Assembly (NCBI GenBank): GCA_002269645.1
Contig: NIVC01000624.1
Location: forward strand, 1-64,000
DNA length: 64,000 nucleotides
Origin: Macrostomum lignano
Taxonomy: Eukaryota
Direction: 5' to 3'
Shown: positions 1 to 22,330 of the stretch, piece by piece
How positions within the stretch are numbered: position 1 is the first letter of the stretch
Layout: every line of letters starts with the position of its first letter
Made by a program: the position numbers and the translations under genes
The notes under the pieces: generated by a model
What the model was told of the DNA's origin: nothing
Seen by the model: only the letters and a program-made list of their open reading frames with translations
Database searches by the model: none

Positions 1-1320
1 CTGCAGCGGCACAAGTTCCTCAGGAGACAGCGCAGCGTCGGCAGCAGAGAGCGCGCAGAGTCGGCGGCAGCGACAGCCCAATCGCTGGGTGCAGTCAATC
101 TAGATCGGCAAATCGGATTCAGTGTTGCAGAGCCGGACTTCATGCGAGGACAGAGACAGCAGAGGCCCTACAGAGACCTTGATGAATTTGCTACCTGCCT
201 TCTTCAAATCAGCATGCGGGTTTCGAGATGAGAGCGGAGGATCGAACAAGCTCTTCTGAATCAGTAGACGAATGCAGGCTCGGCAACTCTTTGGAGCAAG
301 AGCTGTCGAAAGATCTCTGCGAAAGATGTTGCGCAGAGTGGAGATTCCAACATTCTATGGCGACAAGCAACAGTATGAAGCGTGGAAGGCTGCCTTCATG
401 GCATGCATCGATAGGGCTCCAGCAACACCAGAGTTCAAACTGCTGCAGTTGCGTCAGTATTTGCGTGGATCAGCACTGAAGTGATAGAGCACTTGGGTCA
501 TTCGGCTGCTGCCTATCAGGCGGCCAAGGAGAGATTGGAGCGTGAGTACGGCGGCAAGCGACGACAGTTGGCGCACTACTTGGAAGAGCTAGATAGTTTC
601 CACCCGTGAAGCAGAATGGTGCGAGGAGCTGAAGAAATTCGCGAACATCCTCGATGTGGCTGTAATTAATTTAGAAGAAGCTGGTAAGAACTCCGAACTT
701 AGTGATGGACTGCTTTATGCTAGATAGCAAAAAAGTTACCAGAGCGATGGTAGCAGCATTTCGACGATGGATCTTCGAGAAGGCGAAAGCAGAAGGCGTT
801 AGGACCCTTCAAGAGTGGGTTTTGCTTGAGGCAGAGTTCCGGACTGAGGCAGCAGAAATTGTGTACGGGGTGGCCGCATCGAGTCAGGAGCAACCAAGAA
901 AGGACAGCAAGCAGAAGGCCTTCCATGTAGCGCAGCTAAGCAAGAGCTCAAGCAAGGGGAGCTACTCCTGTGTAGTCTGCAAGGAGGCGCACGATCTATG
1001 GAAGTGTCCCGCGTTCGCGGAAACTGTCGTCTGAGAACAGATGGAAGGCTGCTCAGGAAGCCAAAGCCTGTTTCCGCTGTCTTGGCCATGGTCACACCGG
1101 TATGAACTGCCGACGAGGTCGAAAGTGCGGCGTTGATGGATGCACCAAATCCCACCATCGTCTGCTGCATTCGACAGCAAGGTCGGAATCGAAAGAGAAG
1201 TCAGAAGTCAAAGCCGGTGCTGAGCAAGAAATGCAGTCGAAGCCGAAAGCTGCAACCGTGACAATGGTCGCTAGAGATGCCAGTGCGGTTTCACTTCGAA
1301 CGGTTTCGGTCATTCTTAAG
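1..1320 (+). mobile_element. Degenerate BEL/Pao LTR-retrotransposon gag fragment (frameshifted, 3' truncated), antisense within a host intron
   Basis: DUF1759-type gag text across broken frames ([28 protein letters not shown]...[15 protein letters not shown] / [25 protein letters not shown] / ELKKFANILDVAVINLEEAG / FRRWIFE...TLQEWVLLEAEF). BEL-type Cys-His knuckles follow (CVVCKEAHDLWKC, CFRCLGHGHTGMNC, CGVDGCTKSHHRLLH), then VSLRTVSVILK. Frameshift at ~481 and internal stops. Confidence 0.9.
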
Positions 1321-1321
1321 G

Positions 1322-1527
1322 CTCATCATCTAACAGGAGGTGACGCACACCAAGTGACTTTGGCCTCATCATCTAACAGGAGGTGATGCACACCAAGTGA
1401 CTTTGGCCTCATCATCTAACAGGAGGTGATGCACACCAAGTGACTTTGGCCTCATCATCTAACAGGAGGTGACGCACACCAAGTGACTTTGACCTCCTCA
1501 TCTAACAGGAGGTGACGCACACCAAGC
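1322..1527. repeat. 43-bp minisatellite, ~4.8 copies
   Basis: Unit CTCATCATCTAACAGGAGGTGAYGCACACCAAGTGACTTTGGC starting at 1322, 1365, 1408, 1451, 1494. Confidence 0.95.
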
Positions 1528-1561
1528 GATTTAGGTTGCGAGCATCTCACAGACGACTAAC

Positions 1562-3655
1562 CTTGATGATGCACCTGATTCTCGCCGTGGCCCTCGTGGA
1601 TCACTTTCACCCAGGATGGATCGTGAATGAAGGTGTTGGTCGGGTGCAGGTGGAACACTGTATAGCTGAGGAAGGGAAACCGATCTGAAATGGTAAAGTG
1701 GAAATTGAATCTATTTAAAATTATTATAAACGCTATGAATGAAAATAATGTTTTAATTATTCTTTGGTAAAAACAGTGAAAATTTCTAAATGAAGGAGAC
1801 TCAGTATAAAAGCAAAATTTTTATTCACAGCAGTATCATTTTCTCAAAGAGAATTATTGATTCAGACTTTACCTTAAGTTTTATTGATCTAGCGGGAATC
1901 GAACCTGGTACCTTAATTTGTTTTAATTTTTACACCAAAATATCAATTGCCTCTAACTACCATTAAAAGTGCATTTCTTAGAAATGTTCTCACCATACTC
2001 TTCGACATTTCTGAGTAGTACTCCGCTCTGAAACTGAGGATGCAGCTTCATCACTTTGGACACGTGAACGAATCCGTCCTTGAAGGTTGGGAATTTCGGC
2101 GGCGGTGTGATGGTCTCGAAGAAGTTGAATATGGAATAGAGAGCGTCGGTTGACTTGTCCTGCCTGCCGTCCTCCTATAGAGCGGTGGAATATCGGCAAT
2201 GAACACTGGTGACTCTGTTGCAGACGTCTATTAAGTCACTTCTTAATCCTGGGATATAATTTCATTTTACGAGCTAGTAACGAACCTCTGTGCTTACGAG
2301 GCTCGGATAGCTCAGCGGGAAAACGCGTCCTACTCTCGCGTCACCAATGACCCCAAGTTCGATTCCGCAGGCGTTTGGAGTTCCTACATACGGAAAGGGC
2401 CTGTCAACTTAAAGCTCAGTTAGTGGATTCCCTAATCATCCCCTTGTTCTCCCTCTCCCAATTCTAACTTATGTCGCTCTTTGCCAAACCCTGCTAGCTC
2501 GTACCGTGTCATTATGAGCAGAATGATGTAAAATTTGTGTACATAGGTTACTCGGCTCTACTTTATGAGCTTTAGTTGACAGGCCCTTTTGCCTATAGAT
2601 TCTTTTGTCCTACGATTCAGTCCAACGACAGAAAGTTTTTCATTGCCTACTGGTGAGGGAAAATCAGGGCCGCTCTGTGTGTGTCCTCTGAGACTGACTA
2701 ACAAACTGCTATCCTTATTTCCCGTGTACTCGTACTTGAGTATTCAGCGAATAACACGAGTGTACTAATTTTCAACTCATTTTCGTCTGTCCTAGTTGGG
2801 AGTACTAAATCAAAATTTCAACTTTCTAGCACTTTCCTACGCCTAGAAATTAACCAAAACAAAACGTCAGTAGCAATTGTACCCCCATTCGATAATCTTG
2901 CAACACTTTTTGCCGTCAGTTTGGCCAGAAAACGGCCTGAAGCTCCATAAGATCAAGGAGATGATCGACACAGCCTCCCCAATGATGGTCTAAGCATCTC
3001 CAAGATCTCCAAGGACATCAATGCCTAGTTCGTCATTGGGTCTCCCAAATGTGTAATTTCTGGTCCACTTTTTGAAGAGGAGGGAGCTGATAGCCAGCAA
3101 GCAGTTTTTTTCACTTGGACAACGCTCCCGTTCACACGGCCAACATCGTGCGTGAGTTCTTGGCCAAGCAATTGCCCAACTTAGTAGCATCATTTTGAAT
3201 TTGTTTCCGAACGCACCTGGGTAAGCATTGAGAAAACTCCGCAGTTAGATCTACAGAGCATAAAGTTACTTAAATAAACAAAAGTTAAACATTCGCAATA
3301 AACTACCATAGGATTTCTGGCGTCTTTTGTGCTGAAGGTCTCGACGATATGATAATGAAAATATACTTGCACACTAAAAAATGTACATCGTAAATCGTTT
3401 TGTTTTAAAGCTTTGATAATTTAGCAAAATTGGCAATAATTGGCGTTTGAAACATCGCAAAAAAACAATTTTATAGTTGCCTAGATTGATCGATAACTTA
3501 ACAATAGAACTCATACGAGAAGGTGACCTTTTTAGCGATGTGCCTGGCCGCTATGATGTGGTGTGCGTCACCTTCGAGAGCCGGTCGGCGCCGCCGAAAT
3601 TGCGACTAAATCCGCCATAGGGCAGCATCCGAGAGTGCCGGCGTTCGTCGTCCAT
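1562..3655 (-). CDS. Uncharacterised protein, probable ABM-like dimeric alpha+beta barrel fold; partial gene, 3' exons presumably lie left of the window
   Basis: Exons 3655-3572 (phase 0, AAG/gtgacg), 2174-1994 (ctatag/ ... G/gtgaga) and 1684-1562 (tttcag/ ... G/gttagt) join in frame: MDDERRHSRMLPYGGFSRNFGGADRLSK-EDGRQDKSTDALYSIFNFFETITPPPKFPTFKDGFVHVSKVMKLHPQFQSGVLLRNVEEY-DRFPFLSYTVFHLHPTNTFIHDPSWVKVIHEGHGENQVHHQ. The fold call is inference from the pattern PQFQSGVLLRN...RFPFLSY. Confidence 0.75.
2301..2420 (+). mobile_element. tRNA-derived SINE head
   Basis: Pol III box A TAGCTCAGCGG (2308-2318) and box B GTTCGATTC (2357-2365); no complete cloverleaf or acceptor stem. Confidence 0.6.
2990..3223 (+). 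mobile_element. Mariner-family transposase remnant with putative right TIR
   Basis: FLVHFLKRRELIASKQFF / HLDNAPVHTANIVREFLAK, with one extra T in the T-run at 3105-3111, matches the mariner second-Asp motif HxDNAPxH. 3194-3223 reads TA-CCCAGGTGCGTTCGGAAAC on the minus strand, a mariner-like terminus. Confidence 0.7.
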
Positions 3656-6379
3656 CTCAATTTTGCTATGTACAATCGAGCCAGTTGTTGATGGGATTGA
3701 CAAACTTCAATTTCCCTACTTAGAACAGTATTTTAGTCTGCTTAGTACATTAGCATTTTGAGATATTTATATTATAACCATGCAGGCAGCTTTTCAGAGG
3801 GGAGGGTAAAACATAACTCGCAATGCGTATGTGAAACAGCTATAGTAAAAAACACGAAACGATGTCTCAGCCATGCGGGTTAATAGCTAGCTATATTGCA
3901 CGCACTCCTTCCTTCTCTATTCTATAATATACACACTGCCCCCTGTCCTCTCTTCTTCCTCCTCTCTCTTAATTCTCTCCTTTCCCTTCTCGCCCTGTCC
4001 GTAAGCAGGAACTGTGCAGCGTAGCTACTGACTAAATATGAGATCGTTTAGGTTTAGGAATGCATGCAGTAATGTAATGTAGAGAGAAAGAGAGGAGAAA
4101 CTGTGGGATCAGTTCAAATGTGTCGCGTTTTAGCCTCTTTGATCCCCACAATACGTTCCGCGGGCATGACTGCATACGGTTGTGTATGCAGCGGTCGATC
4201 CGGTCCAGCCCGGCCAGCGCATTCAGTCTGTTTCCCATTGCGGAAGGAAATTTTTACCACCGTCGGCCCGTCATAATATAATGGTATAGTTCTGTTCTGC
4301 TGGCCATAAATAAAGCTGATATCGATTCTTGCAGCGCCACGTGAGCATTCGTTTTAAAGATCTACAAATACAGACTGCATAATATAATGTACAATAGATT
4401 TGCAGTACTGTAAATACATTTTGTGCATGTAAGCACGCTGCTAACACAGCTAGTAAAGAAATATATAGTAGTGGACCGACAAAAATACAAGTGCATGTAC
4501 GAGTAAATTAAACGAGCCCCATAATGTTTCTTTATAATCAAGGACTTCATACGCTCGTAGTCCCAAATTTTTACGGCTTTTATAATACATGTACATATAA
4601 TATACATACACAATACTATAGTATAGATCTCCATGTACAAAGTAAACGTACGAGTTTACATGTAGCTCCACGCTAGTTTTAGCAAGTTAACCAATAAATT
4701 TGATGCAGGGGCTAAAGGAAAGCTTCGAATAAATTCCGATTTTTAAGGTTTGTGGATCTTTTGGGTGACCTCGTGCTGCACAGAACGGTAATGATCTTTA
4801 AAATCTGTCACTTTACAATCAAAATCATGTTTTATCTACTATAGCTACAAAAAGTCCTGCGCTAATTATTAAATTCATTCAACGTACTCAAAGGTGCACT
4901 TCATACTTATGCTTAATGCTTGCATCTGTGCTCTGTGTGAATAATTTAAAGGAGGTAAACTAATTAAGAATTCATCCTACTAAATGCCGCGGCGTTTTAT
5001 ACAATTGTTATCATTATTTTAACAAAAACAGCTAGAACTGTTGAAAAATAACACATTTTTTAGCTCCAGTTTCCTAGATTAGTTTCTTTAACACAAACAT
5101 AAGAGCTAAATATTGCAGCTTTAACATAAAACGACTAACAGAAAAACAGAAAGAACCAATTCAAAAAGTTTTCGCCATTCGCAAGTTAACAATTCATTTT
5201 CCTTTATTGTTGTTCACTTTCTTTCACTAAAACGAAAACGTTTTGGAGTAGATTATATTTATAACTTTTTAAAAACAATTTACCTATGTAAAATCAATTA
5301 TAACGGTTTATACTAGTGATTTTTTGTATCCTTTTTGGATTAATGTTACTACATGTATTCCACTACACACCTACATGCCTTCACCACATAACTTTGCTAA
5401 CTGAAACTGGAAAAAAATATTGAGTATGATTTTTATATCAAAGTAGCAGATTTTTGCTGTAGAAAATTGATACATATTTTAAAGAAACAATAATATTCAC
5501 AAATAATTTTAGAAAAACTTAAACGTATTGGATATATTTTGAAAAAATTGTGAATTATCATTATAGTAAGAATTGGATGTTATATTCACTTTACACATCT
5601 ATCCCTTGTATATTGGTGTTTTTTCAGCAAACCTATGAATTAAAAAAACTTCAATAATTTTGAAAGCTTAATGGCTTTGTTTCTTCTGCTAGAAAGCATA
5701 AAAGTTATAGTTAAAGAAAGTTAAAGAATTTTAACTTTTAGAAAGCATATGGAACTATGTTGAGCTTCATGTTGAGCTTTTGGTTGAGCTTCATGTTCAA
5801 CCAAAATATCTTTCAGCCAATTTTAATTAAAACAAAACCAAGTAACAATCTTTTAAAATAGTTTTTTTCTCAAACCTCACTTTGTTTTTAGATATAATTT
5901 TTTAAATTATTTCTCACAGATTGAACTTGTTGACTAAGTTTTTCTATTGCTAGTGTCAGATTTCCTTTTTATTAAACTCTTATAAAAATTTGCTATTTTG
6001 TTTCTAATTGCTCATAGAAGTAAATATAAATAAATGTTTAGAAATTTTGTATTATGAAAAATATATCAATTTAAATAGATGAATTGGTAAATTCATGCAT
6101 CTATATTGCTAATATTTAGACCAGGGGCATTAGACCAATCCGAAAGAATATGGAAGTAACAAATTTGGTTGAAAAAGCATTGTTATTATACTTTTGTATT
6201 TACCATACTATGGAGCAATCTAATAAGTTGCTTTAATCAAATATTTTTCAATGCAGTTTTAATCAAACTTGTTGCCTGTTCTGAGTTCAAAGGACTAATC
6301 ACAATGCTTTATGATTTGCAATCAACATTTCAGATTCCTTGTATAAATAAAAACTCTACATATAAATCGAACTGACTCC

Positions 6380-17041
<10,662 letters not shown>

Positions 17042-17527
17042 GCCAAGTGCTAAAAGACACTGACAGCTGTTTGTCCCTCACTAACTAAAAGGGCTTGTTC
17101 ACTACCTGTTTGTTTGCAGTTGTCAATCTTCAGCTAATATCTGGCGCTGTTTACTAAACAGTTTTTCTCATCCAATAATCTAATATCTTTATCAAATTAA
17201 TAATAGCCATATTTAAAATGTCCACTTACTCTTTTTTCTCCCAAGAACCACTTTTTGGCCTCAATATTTATTAGCTTTTTCAGGGGCTTTTATTTACAAA
17301 TTGTTCAAAGCATTTCTCTCTCTTTCTCTTCAATGTGTTTTTGTGTCATCTTTTTGATTGAAAGCGGCAAGCCGTGTTGAAATTCTCCTGGTTATAGACA
17401 GTCAATTGTTTTGAAAAAAATAGCAAAATACGCATCGTTTTGTTGTTTTTGTTTCTCTGATTTTTTGATTTTCATGAAATGTATTCGAGTTTTTTGAGTT
17501 TAGTCATTTTTGAAAGCTTGCTCGTGT

Positions 17528-18900
17528 TCAGTTAGAGAATCGAACTAGCTCACTTTCCGCTACCCTGGACTGCTCAATCTGTTCGTCCATCTCCAGGCGC
17601 CATCGGACTGACAGGTGAAAAGCGATTAGATAAGATAATAGCGATACAGCATAGGCCTGCAGGAAGCGCTGCTGCCAATTGTACTGCCACATGTAGGCCT
17701 TTGTATAGAACTTCTTGGGTATGTTGCGGTTGAACTGATCCGGTTGGATTATCTGCGCTGTGGCGAACAGTGCGATCGAGGCCATGAGCAGCACTGTGCT
17801 CACGATTGACATCACCAGGTCGCGTCTGAGTTGATTGAGTTACTGCTCACTGTTGGATTGCAATGATCTCACTGACTGGATTGACCTCCCCTACTCCAAT
17901 ATGAGTAGCTGGCTTGACCTCCCCTACTTCAATGTGAATAGCTGGACTGACCTTCCCTATTCCAATGTGAGTAGCTTGCTTGACCTCCCCTACTTCAATG
18001 TGAATAGCTTGCTTGACCTCCCCTACTCCAATGTGAGTAGCTGAACTGACCTCCCCTACTCCAATGTGAGTAGCTGAACTGACCTCCCCTACTCCAATAT
18101 GAGTAGCTGAACTGACCTCCCCTACTCCAATGTGAGTAGCTGAACTGACCTCCCCTACTCCAATGTGAGTAGCTGAACTGACCTCCCCTACTCCAATATG
18201 AGTAGCTGGACTGACCTCCCCTACTCCAATGTTAGTAGCTGGACTGACCTCCCCTACTTCAATGTGAGTAGCTTGCTTGACCTCCCCTACTCCAATGTGA
18301 GTAGCTGGACTGACCTCTCCTACTCCAATGTGAGTAGCTGGACTGACCTCTCCTACTCCAATGTGAGTAGCTGGACTAACCTCCCCTACTCCAATGTGAG
18401 TAGCTGGACTGACCTCCCTTACTCCAATGTGAGTAGCTGGACTGACCTCCCCTACTCCAATGTGAGTAGCTGAACTGACCTCCCCTACTCCAATATGAGT
18501 AGCTGGACTGACCTCCCCTACTCCAATGTGAGTAGCTGGACTGACCTTCCCTACTCCAATGTGAGTAGCTGGACTGACCTCCCCTACTCCAATGTGAGTA
18601 GCTGGACTATCTCTTCTAACCTTAAAATACTCATAGGTACTAAAACAATGTGCAGACTCGCCTGTTAATAAGCCGCAGCAGCCATTGGTTCTTCATCATC
18701 TCGTCGACCAGGGTGAACTGCTTGAGCTCGGCTTCGGGCACCAGTTTGGACACCGAGTCCTCCGATCTATCGGAAGTCCTCGGCTTCTCCTTAGCCGACT
18801 TGTAGCTGGTCAGCTGCGAGTTAGTCAGGCGTTCCAATGCCGCTTTTCGAATTCCGTCCAAATCCCAGGAGTCCCGGCTGCGCTGCTGCGGCAGAGACAT
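17528..18900 (-). CDS. Orphan ~178-aa protein with two predicted transmembrane helices; 2 exons, GC-AG intron
   Basis: Exon 18900-18662 (MSLPQQRSRD...NQWLLRLIN-AG/gcgagt) joins in phase 2 to exon 17825-17528 (actcag/A CGC GAC). Product continues RRDLVMSIVSTVLLMASIALFATAQIIQPDQFNRNIPKKFYTKAYMWQYNWQQRFLQAYAVSLLSYLIAFHLSVRWRLEMDEQIEQ...FSN*. Confidence 0.75.
17871..18608. repeat. 33-bp intronic minisatellite
   Basis: Unit CTGGACTGACCTCCCCTACTCCAATGTGAGTAG, ~22 copies. Confidence 0.95.
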
Positions 18901-19218
18901 GACTGACTGGCTTGGGGCTGGGTTCGATTCGGTTAAAGACTAAAAATAAGCTAAATGCAATTTCTCTCTGAATAGAATTATAGTGCGGATGCTTTGAGTC
19001 TTATTTGTTCAATTTGCTGGATACAAAATTGACTGAACTCCCTATACTAAAAATTGTTTCATTTTCAAGGTGTCATTTTCAGTTAATGCCATAGACGGTA
19101 GAGCTACTAGAGTCAATCCACTAGCCGATAGTGTTCTAGCCGATAAGATATAACACTACTGAATCTCAAGCTCTTAATTTTGTTCTCACTCCCTAGCTCT
19201 TGTGAATATAAGTAACTT

Positions 19219-21445
19219 TCCATCCTCTAACAGTGTTTTCCCATCCTCTGTCAGTCTACCCATCCTCTGTCAGTGTTTGCCCATCCTCTGTCAGTGCTTC
19301 CCAATCCTCTGTCAGTGTTTCCCATCCTCTGTCAGTGTTTCCCCATCCTCTGTCAGTGCTTCCCCATCCTCTGTCTGTGTTTCCCCATCCTCTGTCAGTG
19401 CTTCCCAATCCTCTGTCAGTGCTTCCCAATCCTTTTTCAGTGTTTCCCCATCCTCTGTCAGTGTTTCCCCATCCTCTGTCAGTGTTTCCCCATCCTCTGT
19501 CAGTGTTTTCCCATCCTCTGTCAGTGTTTCCCAATACTCTGTCAGTGCTTCCCAATCCTTTGTCAGTGTTTCCCCATCCTCCGTCAGTCTTTCCCAACCT
19601 CTGTCAGTGTTTCCCCATCTTCTGTCAGTGTTTCCCAATCCTCTGTCAGTGTTTCCCCATCCTCTGTCAGTGTTTCCCATTCTCTGTCAGTGTTTCCCCA
19701 TCCTCTGTCAGAGTTTCCCTATCCTCTGTCAGTGTTTCCCTATCCTCTGTCAGTGTTTCCCCATCCTCTCTCAGTGTTCCCCATCATCTGTCAGGGTTTT
19801 CCCATCCCCTGTCAGTGCTTGACTATCCTCTGTCAGTGCTACCCCATCCTATATCACTGTTTCCCCATCCTCCGTCAGTCTTTCCCAACCTCTGTCAGTG
19901 TTTCCCCATCTTCTGTCAGTGTTTCCCAATCCTCTGTCAGTGTTTCCCCATCCTCTGTCAGTGCTACCCATCCTCTGTCAGTGTTTCCCAATCCTCTGTC
20001 AGTGTTTCCCCATCCTCTGTCAGTGTTTCTCCATCCTCTGTCAGTGTTTCCCCATCCTCTGTCAGTGCTACCCATCCTCTGTCAGTGTTTCTCCATCCTC
20101 TGTCAGTGTTTCCCAATCCTCTGTCAGTGTTTCCCCATCCTCTGTCAGTGTTTCCCTATCCTCTGTCAGTGTTTCCCCATCCTCTGTCAGTGTTTCCCAA
20201 TCCTCTGTCAGTGTTTCCCCATCCTCTGTCAGTGTTTCCCAATCCTCTGTCAGTGTTTCCCCATCCTCTGTCAGTGCTTGACTATCCTCTGTCAGTGCTA
20301 CCCCATCCTATATCACTGTTTCCCCATCTTCCGTCAGTCTTTCCCATCCTCTGTCAGTGCTACCCATCCTCTGTCAGTGTTTCCCAATCCTCTGTTAGTG
20401 CTTGACTATCCTCTGTCAGTGCTACCCATCCTCTGTCAGTGCTACCCATCCTCTGTCAGTGTTTCCCCATCCTCTGTCAGTGTTTCCCTATCCTCTGTCA
20501 GTGTTTCCCCATCCTCTGTCAGTGCTACCCATCCTCTGTCAGTGTTTCTCCATCTTCTGTCAGTGTTCCCAATCCTCTGTCAGTGTTTCCCAATCCTCTG
20601 TCAGTGTTTCCCCATCCTCTGTCAGTGTTTCCCCATCCTCTGTCAGTGTTTCCCAATCCTCTGTCAGTGTTTCCCAATCCTCTGTCAGTGCTTGACTATC
20701 CTCTGTCAGTGCTACCCCATCCTATATCACTGTTTCCCCATCTTCCGTCAGTCTTTCCCATCCTCTGTCAGTGCTACCCATCCTCTGTCAGTGTTTCCCA
20801 ATCCTCTGTCAGTGTTTCCCCATCTTCCGTCAGTCTTTCCCATCCTCTGTCAGTGCTACCCATCCTCTGTCAGTGTTTCCCAATCCTCTGTTAGTGCTTG
20901 ACTATCCTCTGTCAGTGCTACCCATCCTCTGTCAGTGCTACCCATCCTCTGTCAGTGTTTCCCAATCCTCTGTCAGTGTTTCCCCATCCTCTATCAGTGT
21001 TTCTCTATCCTCTGTCAGTGTTTCCCAATCCTCTGTCAGTGTTTCCCCATCCTCTGTCAGTGTTTCCCAATCCTCTGTCAGTGTTTCCCAATCCTCTGTC
21101 AGTGCTTCCCCATCCTCTGTCGATAATTCTCCATCTATATCAATAATTCCCCACTTCTATCAATAACTCCGCATCCTCTATCGATAACTCCCCATCCTCT
21201 ATCGATAACTCCCCATCCTCTATCGATAACTCCCCATCCTCTATCGATAACTCCGCATCCTCTATCAATAACTCCGCATCCTCTATCAATAACTCCCCAT
21301 CCTCTATCGATAACTCCGCATCCTCTATCAATAACTCCGCATCCTCTATCAATAACTCCCCATCCTCTATCGATAACTCCGCATCCTCTATCGATAACTC
21401 CCCATCCTCTATCGATAACTCCCCATCCTCTATCAATAATATCCC
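19219..21445. repeat. 21-bp intergenic minisatellite with two unit domains
   Basis: CCATCCTCTGTCAGTGTTTCC to ~21120, then CCATCCTCTATCGATAACTCC to ~21445. Confidence 0.95.
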
Positions 21446-21803
21446 ATCGTGCTTTAATAATACCCCATATCATCATTTATCAGTTTTCCCATACTGACGA
21501 TGAGGAAGCTAGAACAGATGTAAGATATGTTGTAGGGATGCAGGGATGTAGGGATCCAGGGATGCAGAACAGATGACTGCTCTCCTGCCTCATCGCTGCA
21601 AACAAACAAACAAACATCTGGCTTGATATTAAAAAAATCTTTTAGCTATACTAGTTTCAATGAAACCCATAGACAAGTCAATTTGAAACAGTGCAAGGCG
21701 CTTGAATACCAATCAATTGATACAAAGCACAGAAGTTTTAGTGCGAGACAACCAGCAGTTTGTGATAGTTGACAAAAAACAATCGAATATTTGCTAGCCA
21801 GTC

Positions 21804-22097
21804 ATGTTCGGCCCCGTGCACCCTAGCGAAATCCCGCCGGAGGTTTGCTATGCCAACTGCCCGCGCATCTACCCGCGGCCGGAGGCCGACAACTCCGGAG
21901 ATGACGGTGCGGGAATCGCGGTGCCAGAGGAGTACAACAACGAGGCCGGCCGGCGGATCTACAGCGAGCGGGACAAGCCCTGCTATGTGGTGTTCAGATT
22001 CAACAGGTCTCACTGTCGGGCACTCAGGAACTTCATCATATCCAACTCTTCTAAGCTGGAGGTGAGAGCAGAGTCTGTCATGAGTCCATGCGTGACT

Positions 22098-22128
<31 letters not shown>

Positions 22129-22165
22129 GTGCCTGTCTGTCTGTCTGTCTGTCTGTCTGTGTGCC

Positions 22166-22216
<51 letters not shown>

Positions 22217-22217
22217 G

Positions 22218-22270
<53 letters not shown>

Positions 22271-22286
22271 TAGTGTCTGTCTGTCC

Positions 22287-22330
<44 letters not shown>

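Noticed and set aside
2301-2372. Possible tRNA gene
   Set aside because: Box A/B are present but there is no pairing acceptor or anticodon stem; better explained as a SINE head.
19202-21476. Multiple overlapping ORFs (PILCQCF, SVSVSP repeats)
   Set aside because: 21-bp minisatellite open in several frames on both strands; no splice or codon evidence.
18900-21806. Shared GCCAGTC(AGTC)ATG context at the starts of two divergent genes
   Set aside because: Only 7 bp in common; compatible with chance.
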